DNA of 64,000 nt from Octopus vulgaris (GCA_951406725.2 OX597831.1:20646001-20710000), one strand, 5' to 3'; counted from the first letter of the stretch, positions 42,388 to 57,423 are shown. The notes: generated by a model from the letters alone, not told the origin. Translations and numbers: made by a program.

Positions 42388-42957
42388 TGCAAAAGAGTTA
42401 GAGGTTGTTAATCCAACCAACTAAGGGATAATATCTGTCCAATCTACTGCCGTAGGCATAATATAATGTCTAAAATTTGATGAATACCACCTCTTGATCT
42501 CCATTGTCTTATTGCCATATATATAGCAATAAGTCTATATATATACATATATATATATATACGAATATAAAAGGATATATGTATATATACACACACATAT
42601 ATATATATATATATATTTATATAAAAGAATATGTGTATACATACACACAAATATACACGCACACGCATAGAGATAAACAGACACACATACACAGATATAT
42701 TTAAAGAGATGGAGAGTGAGATAGATAGATAGGTAGGTAGATAGATAGAGAAAGTGATCGACAGAGAGAGAGAGAAAGAGGGAGAGAAGGTGGGGAGGAG
42801 AATTGAGAAAGAAAAGGATTGATTAATTGATTAATAATAAAATCAACGTATTCAAATTCCTATTCGCATTCATATCTATTCTGAATCTCAAGAACTCTTA
42901 TGAGAGGTCGTAGCGTCATATGTTCAGTGTAATTGGTTTACCATTAAACAGCTTGTA

Positions 42958-42997
<40 letters not shown>

Positions 42998-43457
42998 TAT
43001 GTGTGTGTGTGTGTGGGCGTGCGTGTCTTGTACGGTATTGGGAGATCCATTCCAGGACGCAGATGTGTGAGTTCGCTACAGCGAGTCAAAATTCTTTCGT
43101 ACGTTTTCGTAACACTTAGCGTTGGTAACAGCAGTGATTCATCATCTTTATAGTTAAAGGTAGACGAATGCAACCAGCTGACACTTAAATTAAAGTTTCG
43201 TTAAGGCCTGGAGATGGAGATATAGAAGTGCCTATCACTCTCTCTCTCTCTCAAATACACACATACACACACACACATACATACAGATGCGCACGCACTC
43301 GCTCGCACATAATGACACACATATAGGGGAAATTGTGTGTTTACCAGTGTAGAGTGTGTGTAGTAAGTGTTGGTGTATAATCATTAGGTGGGTGATGAGA
43401 GTGGTTGTTATTGTGAGGAGTGAGAGAGGCGTTGTTGAAACAAAAGTACCATATGTA

Positions 43458-44313
43458 CGAGGAGGTAACCAAAAATAACCGGAAACCATCTGTGGAACAA
43501 GCACTGCTAGAAACCACTTGGTGCGATCTTCAGGCATCAGTCTGCGGACCGGCGTCATCGAGAGCAGTCGTACTGCCACATGGTACGTCTTTGTTTTACA
43601 GTGCTTCGTTGATTTTTGCAATGGTTGAAACGAATCGATGGCATACTTTCCTGAATTTCTGCTTTCTTTTAAGAGAAAACGGCGGCCGAAACAGTTGTCT
43701 TGCTGCAAATGAACAAAAAAGAAGCTTACGAGTGCTTTCCATGCTTTAGGAATGGTTACTTGTCGCTAGAAGACCAACCTTCTTCAGGGCGATTGTCGAC
43801 CTCCCGAACGAATGAAAATATCACGAAAATTCATGAATTGATCTTGGAGGACGGTCATTGAAAAATTGAAAAAATTGACGAAATTGCTAATATTACTGGT
43901 GTATCTTGGAGTTTCTCTACAAATTTTGAGCGAGGAATTGCGAATGAAGAGTTACAGCGAAATTTGTGGCTCGCTTGCTTACAGAAGATCAAAAGCGGTC
44001 TCGACTGAATGCGTGTCGTGAACTGTAAGGACAATTGGAAGTTGATCCGGACTATTTTTCGAAGGTCAGCACTGGTGACGAAAGCTGGTGCTACGGAATT
44101 TGCAGATGTGGAAGAGGTGAAGAAGGAACGACGGAAGCATTAAAAGGCATCCCTTCACAAGAGTTCCAGGATGCTTCGAACAGTGAAAACACGTCGGCAC
44201 CAATGCATTGCTTCAAATGGGGAATACTTTGAAGGCGATAAAAGTGTAAACATGTAAAACTAAGTGAATAAAACAATATCGCAAAATTCCAGTTTCTTTT
44301 GTGTACACCCTCG
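43458..44313 (+). mobile_element. Internally deleted mariner transposon
   Basis: TA TSD; TIRs CGAGGAGGTAACCAAAAATAACCGGAA / TTCCAGTTTCTTTTGTGTACACCCTCG; translation LEDQPSSGR..AKFVARLLTEDQK..TGDESWCYG..NGEYFEGD; middle of the catalytic domain missing. Confidence 0.88.
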
Positions 44314-44474
44314 TATGCTCAATTGTTGAACGAAAGTTGAAAAGATTGGATTTGCGTGTTAAAAGGTCGAGTATCACACAGACGATTCTACCAATGTAAT
44401 TTTCAAGCGGAATCAGTGTGACAAAGCTACAGCTTTCAATTCGACGCCCTCACGGTACATCTAATGGCAGGATG

Positions 44475-44680
44475 CGCGTTGGATTACGGTGATTACGACG
44501 TTGCATTTACGGTTGCAAAATCGTGGTTCCGATTCCCGGACCAGGAAACCCTTTATTTCGTGTTAGTTTAATTTCCAGCAATATCAGGGATGTTAACTCT
44601 AGGATAGACTGGCGTCGCGTTCAGAAGGGGATGGCTTGTAATCTCAGTTACTTACACGCTATGGAAACCGAGTTAATCTC
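44475..44680 (+). mobile_element. Old diverged SINE with tail Y
   Basis: GGTTCCGATTCCCGGACC..GATAGACTGGCGTCGCGTTCAG..GGAAACCG. Confidence 0.5.
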
Positions 44681-45348
44681 TAGGCTTTTGAGACATATTT
44701 CTCAAGAGATCCTTAACACACGTCCAATAGGATTCTCCATAGTTTCCATTTACTAAAATCTCACTTGTAATTTTTCGGCCGACAGGAGACCATGGTTATG
44801 TCAGCAGCCCCAAATCTCCGCTGCAGGGGACGAAGTTGGGGCTTCGTGGTTGAGAAGTAAACTTCTTACTGTTTTTAGATACAATGCCTCGCCTTAAAGA
44901 CACACACACACACACACACGCACACGCACACAAATACACACGCACACACACACAAACACGCAAACGCGCATAAAAACACACACAAATGCACATCTAAAAT
45001 CGAATGATATTTCTAATCAAACGTAAACTCAAACATACATCTGTAAGCATGTGAGTGGATATCTGCACGTGAAAGAATGTGTGTGCATGTGTGTGTGTGC
45101 GTGTGTGTTTGTGTGTGTGTGTGTGTGTGTTTGTGTGTGTGTGTACGTATCTGGTGCTTTATCGATCTATTGTCAATCCCTTATCAAGTGACGTCAAGCA
45201 ATCACAAGTAGATTGTAAATACAGCCCTGCCATATTGTAAAATGTGTTAATGCTTTCATTGGTTATTCAATCAAGAACTCTCTAAATAATTAAACTTAAC
45301 CATCCATGCATGTGCGATTATGTGTGTCAGAGTCTGTATGATATATAC

Positions 45349-45395
<47 letters not shown>

Positions 45396-45609
45396 GTATA
45401 TGTATATATATGTGTATATGTATATATATAGATATATACATATATATGTGTGTATATATATATGTATATATGTGTATATATATTTGTATATATGTATATA
45501 CACATATGCGTGCGTGCACAAACACGCACACACATATATATACATATATTTATATATATATATACGTATGTATATATGTACTATATAGACACATATAAAT
45601 ATGTTTGTA

Positions 45610-45687
<78 letters not shown>

Positions 45688-45902
45688 TACATACACGTAT
45701 GCATATGTGTATGTATGTATACTTATGTGTATATCTACACGCTTGCACTAACAAACTTGAAATTTTGCTTAATTAAAGGCACACCCTAAGTCATAAGTCC
45801 ACTCATTAATCAGATCTGTAATTGTTCTTAATATTGTTAAGATCTCATTAATGATTAGAGAGTGAGAGAGAGAAAGAGAGAAACACAGTTAGAGAGGAGG
45901 AG

Positions 45903-45992
<90 letters not shown>

Positions 45993-46211
45993 GCTTCTTT
46001 GTGGTTGAACATTGAGTAGTGTAACGGCTATTACCGAGAGGATTACTCAGGAACGCGCGCTGCAAAAGAAATTATAGTGAAGTGCGTGTTAGCATATTTG
46101 ATGTTCTAAGCCAAAGATTACTTTTGAAAATTATATCTTTGTAGACGACAACAATTATTAGCGGAATTGTCATTTGTCTTTATATTTTATCTCTTCCTTT
46201 TGTCCTGATTC

Positions 46212-46548
46212 GTGAAGGCGCATGGCTCAGTGGTTAGAGCGTCGAGCTTACGGTCGTGAAGTCGTGAGTTCGATTCCCGGAGCGGGCTGCATGTTGCGTT
46301 CCTGAGCAAGACACTTTATTTCACATTTCTCCAGATCACTCAGCTGTAGAAATGAGTTGCGACATCACTGGTGCCAAGCTGTATCGGCCTTTGCTTTTCC
46401 CTTAGATAAAATCAGTGGTGTGGAGAGGGGAGACCGGTATGCATGAGCGACTGTTGGTCTTCCATAAACAACCTTGCCCGGACTTGTGCCTCAGAGGGTA
46501 ACTTTCTAGGTGCAATCCCATGGTCATTCATGACCGAAGGGGGTTTCC
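46212..46548 (+). mobile_element. SINE head D-like + tail Z, inserted into a family A 3' end
   Basis: GGCGCATGGCTCAGTGGTTAG, GAGTTCGATTCC, CCTGAGCAAGACACTTT; 12-bp TSD TTGTCCTGATTC at 46200-46211 and 46549-46560. Confidence 0.9.
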
Positions 46549-47174
46549 TTGTCCTGATTCAGTCATTGGACTGCGGCAATGCTGGGGCTCCGCCTGGAAG
46601 GGTTTAATCGACGAATTGATATTCACTACTTATTTTTATTGAACCCTAGTTCGTATTCTTTAAAAAAGGGGGCACGGAAGATAACATCAATGTCTTTATT
46701 ATTTATAATTACGTCCTGTATGTTAACTGTAGCTTTGCTATTAAGAATTCAAACACTAGCGTCTCTGAGTATTTTCCCTCTAGTTAATTTTTAATTATGA
46801 CGTCACTCAGTCTATTCACACACGCACTCAACTACATAATCTCCGTTTACCTTCTACTATACCAGGTTCTACTAAATCGTATTTCAAGCTTTAATTGATA
46901 CCCCAAACAGATTACACACAAGAAGCATTTATTCACCAAAATATACCCCACCACGTTCTATTGTCTGTTGCCATCGTTGTACCCGAGGCTCAATTCCATG
47001 CTCCTACCATTTGACTGGTTTAGACGCAAAAACGTCCCTCCTTTCACCTATTTTTATTTTTACCCCATCTTCATTTTCGAGCCTTCGTCTGAGCAGGAAA
47101 TGAACCATAGCTCAGTAAAGGAAGTAATCTAATGGTACAAAACCAGAACTGTAGGCAACAGCAGTAGTACTTAA

Positions 47175-47777
47175 GGCGGCGAGCTGGCAGAATCGTTAGC
47201 ACGCCGGGCGAAATGGTTAGAGGCATTTCGTCTGCCGTTACGTTCTGAGTTCAAATTCCGCCGAGGTCGACTTTTTGCCTTTCATCCTTTCGGCGTCGAT
47301 TAAACAAGCACCAGTTACGCACTGGGGTCGATGTAATCGGCTTAATCCATTTGTCATTCCTTGTTGATCCCCTCTGTGTTTAGCCCCTTGTGGGTAGTAA
47401 AGAAATTGGTATTTCATCTGTTTTTACGTTCTGAGTTCAAATTCCGCCGAGGTCGACTTTGCCTTTCATCCTTTCGGGGTCGATTAAATAAGTACCAGTT
47501 ACGCACTGGGGTCGATGTAATCGGCTTAATCCATTTGTCATTCCTTGTTGATCCCCTCTGTGTTTAACCCCTTGTGGGTAGTAAAGAAATAGGTATTTCG
47601 TCTGTTTTTACGTTCTGTGTTCAAATTCTGCCGAGGTCGACTTTGCTTTTCATCCTTTCGGGGTCGATTAAATAAGTACCAGTTAAGCACTGGGGTCGAT
47701 GTAATCGGCTTAATCCGTTTGTCATTCCTTGTTTATCCCCTCTGTGTTTTAGCCCCTTGCGGGTAGTAAAGAAATAG
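47175..47777 (+). mobile_element. SINE family B trimeric copy
   Basis: Head plus three ~185-bp units; TSD GTAGTACTT at 47164-47172 and 47778-47786. Confidence 0.9.
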
Positions 47778-47799
47778 GTAGTACTTCCAGTCCCTCAAG

Positions 47800-48380
47800 T
47801 TCCTCAAGTTTACGCTTGGCCACATTGGCAGTGTGTGCCGGGGGCATTGTCATGCTGTAGGAGTGCGCGTCTTCGATTGACAAATGTCGAGTAGCGGGCA
47901 TTCAAGGTATCATATACTCGTTGCAGTTCATGATCATATATAGGTTAGCATTCACAGTGTCACCATTTGAGACAAGCCCAGGGTGTAGCACCCTCTAGAA
48001 ATTCCAGTAAACACACCACAGCATCACAATCTGTTCAAACTGTCCCTGTTTGTCAACAGGTTCTGAAACTTGACCAGAACGATGCCTCACGAAAATAGAT
48101 CCATCTTCCATCCCCACTTACTATCCGACGCTAAAAACGGGTAAATGCAAATGTTCACAAGTCATTTCATGAAGAGTTTCTAGAGGGCGTCTGTTCACTA
48201 GCTCGATACCTGCATAAGCTAGGTATCGATCGATGGTGTCTTATGATGGAACAAGTTGACCAGTTGACAAGTTGACAAGATACCAGTGCTTGTGCTTGGT
48301 CTTGTTCAATCATTTCAAGCAAGGCCTCATTTTCCATCACAGGAAAATCGATATGAATCAATTGTTGCTGATCAAGATTT
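47800..48380 (-). mobile_element. Mariner transposase remnant
   Basis: Minus strand EALLEMIEQD..RRIVSGDGRWIYF..GDTVNANLY..RALLQHDNAPAHTA. Confidence 0.8.
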
Positions 48381-48401
48381 CTTCATTTTCTGCTTAATTT
48401 G

Positions 48402-48437
<36 letters not shown>

Positions 48438-48503
48438 TTTTGTTTGTTTGTTTGTTTTTCCAGTTTCAGCTCTTGAGCTGTGGCCATGCTGGGGCACCGC
48501 CAT

Positions 48504-48764
<261 letters not shown>

Positions 48765-49315
48765 TCGTTTTGGGATTTGGTTTGCAAGATTCTTTATATG
48801 AGTTCGTGTGTTGAAGCATATTCTGTTGTGTCTGGGGAGAGTCATTTTCTTTTTGTGCCTTATAATGTAACACACTCACCGGTAAAATTTCCACTTTTTT
48901 CTTATTTTTATTTTCCTAAAATTTTCGCTGCGTCTTGCAACCTTTTCAATAATTTTGAGAGTCGAAACCGCGATCCTACGACCGCGAGTCCGCTGCCCTA
49001 ACGCCCATACACACGTCACCCCACACATGTATATGTATATACTACCAAAACTCTCTGATTGCTTGCTCGCGTGTTTGTCTGTCGTTTACTACAACCAAAC
49101 CTCCGAATAATGGGAAAATACTCTGAATTAAGTTACTTCCGAATAAAAACGGAATAAAACAGGTTTCGCGTAAATCGGTCCACGGATTCCCGATATACGG
49201 GCTTTTTTGGTGTACCTTCATAAATACCCAAAACGGTGCATTATGAGAAAATACTCCGAAAGTAACATAACCCTGAGAGGGAAGAAACTCTAACCTTTTG
49301 ATTAACATGAAACAT

Positions 49316-50460
49316 GATGATCAATGTCGTCTGTATTTAGAAGACAAACTTAACGACCTGGGCAAATGTCTTAGTGACATTAACTTGCCAAAGAAAAATT
49401 TACGAGTTGTTTTTATAGTAAATGTTTCTATTTTCGCTTTTGTTAAACACAATATTTTAATAATTTAGAAATATTTCTAAGTGAAATATTAAAATATACA
49501 AGATGTTTGTACAGGAAGTATTTGCATTTTAGCTTTCTTTAAACAGACAATATTAAAATTTTTTTTTCAGAAATTATTTTCAAGTGAATACCATTAAAAG
49601 TTTTTTCGGCATATTTAAGAAATATTTTAAAGTGGAAATGACTTAAAAAATACATATTCTTTGTACAGTGAATATTTACATTTCAGCTTTCTTTAAACAA
49701 ACAATATTGTAAGTATTAAAAAGTGTTTTTAAGAGAATATGATTTGAAAAATACCAGTTGTTTGTACAATAAATATTTATATTTAGCTTTCTTAGAAAAT
49801 ACAATATGCTCATTATTTACAAATATTATTCAGTGATGACTTTAAAAAAAAATTTGAGGTAATGAGAATTTTTACTAAGATGAATACGATTTTATATTTT
49901 TAGATTATGCCTCGACGAAGAAGAAAGTAAACATTTTGTTGGTCTGTAGATAGTGGGAGGAGAGCGCGGCAAGGAGAGCCGAGGAAGGTGAGCAAAATAG
50001 TGGAGAGCGCCACCAACAAGACGGAACGAGCATGCGAATAGAAGGACCGATGAGACTGATAAAGCAAGGGCTGAGTGTCTTTTGGGGTCGAAGAAGTTCG
50101 TTCCTCAAGGAGTAGATAGAATCCTTCTATAGTTATTACTCATTACATCTGTTCCATAACACCTAATCTCAGTGAACAACCCCATTTTTTTCAAATTTAC
50201 TTCCTGGATCTTCAGGATAGATTTGATTTCAGGATGAAGATACTCCATAACGAAGGCATTCAGCACGACATAGTAGAATTATTGGAAATTAAACTGAGAC
50301 AATATAAACCTTAGATCACGTCAATTAGAATGGCAAAAGAACAAATTAAAAATATTCCGGAAGCTTCAATTGTAATTGACCCTAATCGGAGACCAGTTAT
50401 GAAACATGACCGAAGATTCAATGGGCAAACAGCAAACGAAGTTGCCGTTACTATACAAAA
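49316..50460 (+). mobile_element. Helitron Rep/Hel fragments
   Basis: LEDKLNDLGKCLSDINLP (49316-49390); MPRRRRK..ARRAEEGEQNSGER (from 49907); PHFFQIYFLD..SIVIDPNRRP..HDRRFNGQTANEVAV (50150-50460). Confidence 0.8.
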
Positions 50461-50480
50461 CAGCACCGAACTTCAAGCAA

Positions 50481-50746
50481 AAGGCCGGTTTCCCGGTTCC
50501 CTTGGCGTATAGGTTCCCCTGGACGGGACGCCAGTCCGTCGCAGGTGAGCTGCAAGATGCAGGAGGAAAGAGTTAGAGAAAGTTGTGGCGAAAGAGTCAG
50601 CAAAAGTTCGCCATTACCTTCTGCCGGAACCGCGTGGAGTTTAGGTGTTTCGTTCATAAACACACACATCACCCGGTCTGAGATTTGAATCTGCGATCCC
50701 TCGATCGCGAATCCGCTGTTCTAATCACTAGGCCATGTGCCTCCAC
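50481..50746 (-). mobile_element. SINE head C-like + tail Y
   Basis: Head GGAGGCACATGGCCTAGTGATTAG..GAAACACCTAAACTCCACG, then CTGCGACGGACTGGCGTCCCGTCCAGGGG. Confidence 0.8.
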
Positions 50747-51247
50747 ACACACAGATAAGATACATATGCGCACACATATATACATAATATACATATATAT
50801 GGGTTCTTGCTTGTAATTGAATATATATATATACGCTCGAGTGTCTGTGTGTATGCGTTTATGTACACACATAAATATATGGTCGAGAAACCGACAGAAA
50901 TAGACTATGTTTGAAGATATATAGGTCTTTTCTCCAGCATGGGACCTTGAGAGAGAAGCAAAGCAAGGAAGAAAGGAAGAATGAAAGAATGAGGGAGGCA
51001 GAGAGTACATATTCTTACACGTGATAATGTGTATATAAGTACATGCATGCCCGTTTGTGATTCTCAATTTTTCATCGTCATTGGTCCTGTATCGCGTGAT
51101 TTGGTTCCAATCAAGTAAACCATTTGAATTAATGCTTCGCAGTTTTCCGCATGATTAAGTTTCGGTTAACTGCGTCACCGTTTGACGACGCAGAAAAACA
51201 TTAATTTTATTGAAGATGACTACAGTTGATATACATACATACATACA

Positions 51248-51280
<33 letters not shown>

Positions 51281-51360
51281 GGATACATATATATGCTTAC
51301 ATATACACACTCACACAAACACACATACACATATATATGCAGCGTTAGCGGTCACACTCG

Positions 51361-51405
<45 letters not shown>

Positions 51406-51564
51406 TATACATAGATATGTATATATGTATGTATATGTATATCTATATGTATATATAATATATATATAAAGAAATATATATAAAGAGAGAGCCATGTGTA
51501 TATACACACTCATATATGTATGTATATATACATACATATATTTATATATATATATATGTATACA

Positions 51565-51617
<53 letters not shown>

Positions 51618-52008
51618 AATATATACATATATACGTATGTATATGCATACGTATATATGTATATAATTTTAATAGACTTTCTTCTTCAAATGTCCTTTAA
51701 ACACAACAGTTTTGATTAGTGAGACTAGTGATGCTGAGAATGTGTTTAATAGGTATTCCGGGATGTCTGATGTTATCACTGTTCGGAATTAAAATTCATT
51801 GTGTGTCAGTGTGTGTGTGCGCACGCGCGTGTCTGTACGAGTTCGTTCGCGTCCGTTTGTGCGTGAACGTGCGCCTATTAGGTATTAGCGTGTAAATGTC
51901 GTAAATCACGCAGATATAATGTATGTATGTATGTATGTACATATATATGTATATATGCATGTATGTATGCCTGTATTGATGCATGTATCTATCTATCTAT
52001 CTATCTAC

Positions 52009-52044
<36 letters not shown>

Positions 52045-52176
52045 ATATATATATTTATATATATATATATTCAATATATGAGAACAAAAATGAGACTGAA
52101 ATAATAATAATAATAATAATAATCAATTCTTTCTTTTTTATTGGTCACAAGGGCTGACACGCATGATTACATAAAG

Positions 52177-52236
<60 letters not shown>

Positions 52237-52517
52237 TAATAATAATATATACATAAACATATGTGTGGTGTGCATGTACATACATGTATATATATATATT
52301 AATATACAGGTATCTATATATATATATATATACATAAAACTCATACACGTATATATTTACATATGTGCATCTATTAATATGTATATGGCAATATAATATA
52401 TATATATATATACATAATATATATATAAATATATACATATACACACACATATATATATATGTAGTTATATATATGCACATATATATGTATATACGTATAT
52501 ATATATATATAGGTATA

Positions 52518-52580
<63 letters not shown>

Positions 52581-52732
52581 ATATATATATATGTTTGTGT
52601 GTATGAGTGTCATTCTATGTGTGTAACTTATTCACTGTTCTAAATTAAAATAAAGAGGAGTAGTCAATATTAGAGTATTATAGCATTCTTAAACATGCAT
52701 ACTTGCATACATATATATATGTTGCTCACTTG

Positions 52733-52783
<51 letters not shown>

Positions 52784-53281
52784 TGCTTGTGTGTGGATAT
52801 ATATCCATATATAGTTATATAGTTACATGCATACAAACAGACACACACAAACATATATATATATATATATACGTAATATATATATTTATACAAACATGCG
52901 TATATAATACATACGTGCACAAAACTATACGTACATACACATATAAATTTATGCGTAGTATGATCTTCACTGTTCGAAATGTAAATTAAATGGTCTGTTG
53001 TGCATGAAAGCTGTAATTCTCATTATTATCTTACCTTAAATTAATGCATGTAATAAATATACGAAGGAATCTGTACTTGTAGACCATATGTCATGAAGAC
53101 TTCACGATGACTTAGGAAAGTTGTTAAATATCTTGAATGAATAGTAACTGCATGAGAATCTTGCTTCCCAACTATAATGTTCCGTGTTCAGTCCCACTTC
53201 GTGGGACATTGGGCAACTGCGTGATATTTTAGCCTCGAGCCAAGCAATGTGTGTATATATACACACAATATATATATATAT

Positions 53282-53315
<34 letters not shown>

Positions 53316-53498
53316 CCACACACATACATATATATATATATATATGTATATTGTTATATTTCGGAATGGTCATTTTGCCAGTTTAGCCAATAAAAACACA
53401 CGCACTATATATTTTGTGTTATTTTGCTTCAGTGTTATTTATTTTTTACATTATATATATATGTATATATGTATATATATATATACATATATATACGC

Positions 53499-53546
<48 letters not shown>

Positions 53547-53669
53547 TATAAATACATATGCATATATACACATACACATATATACATATATATGTATACA
53601 TATATGCATATATACATACGCATATACACATATGCATACACACATATACATATATATATTTGCATATAC

Positions 53670-53833
53670 ATAGTGGCTAAGTGGTAAGAAGCTTGCTTCA
53701 CAACCACATCGTTCTGGGTTCAGTTCTACTTTGGACAAGTGTCTGGTACAATAGCCTCGGGCCGAGGCTATTGTATCTACCAAATCTACTCTTATGAGTA
53801 GATTTGGTAGATACAAACTAAAAGAAACCCGTC
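53670..53833 (+). mobile_element. Rearranged SINE family A with two internal inverted duplications
   Basis: Head GTGGCTAAGTGGTAAGAAGCTTGC; hairpins 53747-53775 and 53771-53816. Confidence 0.85.
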
Positions 53834-53893
<60 letters not shown>

Positions 53894-54702
53894 CTTTGTT
53901 GTCCCGTTTTGTATCACTTGTTCGGATGTTTTGCGTTCTTGTCCCATTTTGTATTTTATATATATATCTATATATATATATATCGGCGTACGTACACTTA
54001 ATTCTCTTATATGTAAGTACATATTTTACAAAATCTTGTACGAATCTATTTCTATCACTCGTTTGATATTTCGTGCGCCTCAGAGACTGAGTAATCTCTA
54101 CCCGTCTCAGTGAAGCCTAACCTTCCCTACACCGGTTTTCTAATCCCTTCATGCGATTAGAATTCTATGATTTTCACCACCCCCAATCCCTCTCCGGGTT
54201 ATTTTTCAAAATTACAAACTTCTTATTTCCCATCACACTATAAATATTACCTCATCTTCAACAAATCTTCACTTAAAAGTGTCATGCTCTACCTCACAAA
54301 AGTAGGGATTCCTACTCGACTCACTCAATGGGCGCAAAATTAGCTTCCTTATTGTGGGCCCTATTACAGACTCATCTGGGCCCCACCCCAAACCGTTACA
54401 TACTAATACTATGATCATCGTGATTCCTACTCCGTTTCTCTCTCTCTCTCTCCCTCTCTCTCTGCTTCCCCCATCTCTCTCCCCCCACACAGACACAAAC
54501 ACACAGATCAATCCCAATTGTTTTTATTTGCTTTACTTCCTTCGTATCAGCTTGTTTTGGATTTCCCTTATAACCACTCTTGGCGCCGTGGGCCTTGCTC
54601 TGCATAAAAGATCGTAGACTAAGTACAAATTCATTTGAGTACTACTACTTGTTTCCTATACAGAGCAGTTCTAGGTCCCGCTTAATGATCACACACCCAC
54701 AC

Positions 54703-54760
<58 letters not shown>

Positions 54761-54905
54761 ACATACACACACACATATACTGGTAAAATATAGCATTTGA
54801 ATGCCACACGAACAATTATTTATTCATATATACATAACCACTCTGAGACCTACGGTTTTAAAATCGTGTACACAAACATATACGTATACATATATATATA
54901 TATTG

Positions 54906-55130
54906 TCTTACTTTTTTACTTGTTTCAGCCACTTGACTGCGGTCATGTTGGAGCACGGCCTTTTAGTCGAACAATTCGATCCCAGGCATTATTCTTTGTA
55001 AGCCTAGTACTTATTTGTCAATCTCTATTGACGAACCGCTAAGTTACGGGGACGTAAACACAGCAACATCGGTGGTTAAGCGATGGTGGTGTTGTTGGTG
55101 GTGATGGGAGAACAAACACAGACACGCAAA
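54906..55130 (-). mobile_element. SINE family A 3' half
   Basis: TTTTACTTGTTTCAGCCACTTGACTGCGGTCATG..GAACCGCTAAGTTACGGGGACGTAAACAC. Confidence 0.82.
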
Positions 55131-55162
55131 CATATGCATATACATGCATACATTCATACATT

Positions 55163-55252
<90 letters not shown>

Positions 55253-55376
55253 TACATATATATATATACATAAAAAACTTATTTGGAAATGGATGCGTGG
55301 CGTTCAATCATATAGTAATATAAATACAATGTATATATATATATATATATTTATATATGCGTATATACAGCATTTC

Positions 55377-55433
<57 letters not shown>

Positions 55434-55585
55434 CTTATATATTTCTATGTATGTATATATATATATATATATGCAGATACATATATATGTATGTATAAAT
55501 ATAAATACAGTATCCTTATATATACATATGTGTGGGTGAGTGTGTGTGCTTGTGCATGTATGTGAGTGGTGGTTTTGCGCATGTC

Positions 55586-55617
<32 letters not shown>

Positions 55618-55984
55618 ACAATCTAGGACAAATTGTATATTCTATGTTTAGGCTGCAGCCGACTTTCTTGCGCCGGTAGTGTCTTTATTACTGATAGGTC
55701 GTTGAGAACTCATTTATATTGGACTTTATTCTGATTGGTTTCATGTTTTCCATTTGATTTACAATAAAACCGTCACTGCAAAATGTGTGAATTTAAATAA
55801 CAATGCTTTCTCACTACAATGAATATAAATTATTCCGATAGCGGCCATTGCCTTCGGTGCATTTGAAGTTATAAATCACACAAGATGTCTTTAAAATGAA
55901 ATCTACTTTGCATTTCTTTGCATCACTTTGCATAAAATAATATACTACATTTTTTTCTTCGTCTCTCTCATCACAATGCACAGT

Positions 55985-56024
<40 letters not shown>

Positions 56025-56084
56025 CATATACATACATACATATATATATGCCTATGTATATACATACATTACACACACACACAC

Positions 56085-56137
<53 letters not shown>

Positions 56138-56817
56138 TATATATACCTATATATATTTATATATTTATATTTATGTATAATCTGAATGGTATACTTTGTT
56201 AAATTTCCTCGCAGACCCGTTTGTCTCGGTACAGTTGAAGAATGGACTCCAGTTATTACTGATATTTAAAAAAAAAATTCACTGTAAATGTTACAGTTAC
56301 TGCAATAGTTCACAGAAAATTTTCAAAGACATCCAACCAAACCACAAGCTTCCATGTGGCGAACTCGAAGAATTTTTCTTTTGTCTAATTATAAAATCAT
56401 ACATAAGTTTTTGAAATTTGTTTTCTTTTTTAAACTTGGAAAACAAATCTGAAGAGCTTATTTGTGACACCTACTACATTTCTTGTCTTACCTGTCTCCT
56501 TTTTCCCAACCCATTCTCCCAATACACACACACGCACATACACACACGCACGCACACAGGTACACACACATGCACACACGACATAGTCTCAGTATCTCAC
56601 ATCTTCACGCTCCGTTCAAAAGACGAAATAATTACGACTAAACAAACTTTGCCTTACTGCCCAAAGGAGATTGTTTCAATCCCACATAAGAAAGAGAGAA
56701 AAGAAAGAAAGTAAGAAGGAATGGAAATTAATTGGAAATAACCGGAGATTCTGAGGAGTCTCTACGTAAATTCACTGCGAATTTATGTGGAAACTTTCCT
56801 GCATTCTTTCTTGAAAA

Positions 56818-56859
<42 letters not shown>

Positions 56860-56864
56860 ATATA

Positions 56865-57220
56865 ATATAAATTAGAGATAAAACCACTATTATGCAACTC
56901 AAACAGTGATAGACTTAAACGAAAACATAAATAACAAATATTATATATATTTATAAAACATATAACTAGATCTCAAAAAGTATAAAAATGAACGATCAAT
57001 ATATATATATATATATGCATATGTATGCATAAACATAATTTCACCACATACCGAAATTTAGAAATAGCAGTCAAAACTACTAATTCTTCTACTACAATAT
57101 ATCTCCACAAACAGTAATACTCGTAACTCCCATAGGCAAAAAGAAGAAAAAATAACGAAACTAACCAGCCTTTATTAATCATGTACGCGTTTCGGGATTA
57201 GAATGGTGTAAAATTCCTTA
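56865..57220 (-). mobile_element. (TA)n-flanked repeat ending in a half hammerhead
   Basis: Minus strand ..TAATCCC-GAAA-CGCG-TA-CAT at 57181-57200; CUGANGA half absent. Confidence 0.45.
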
Positions 57221-57373
57221 TATACAAATATAAATACACATGCACAGACACGCATACACACATACATACACTCATACAGACATATATTTATGTATGTATG
57301 TATATATGTATAGATACATTTATATGTAACTAGGTAAGTATGTGTGTATCTATCTATGTATGTATGTATTTAC

Positions 57374-57423
<50 letters not shown>

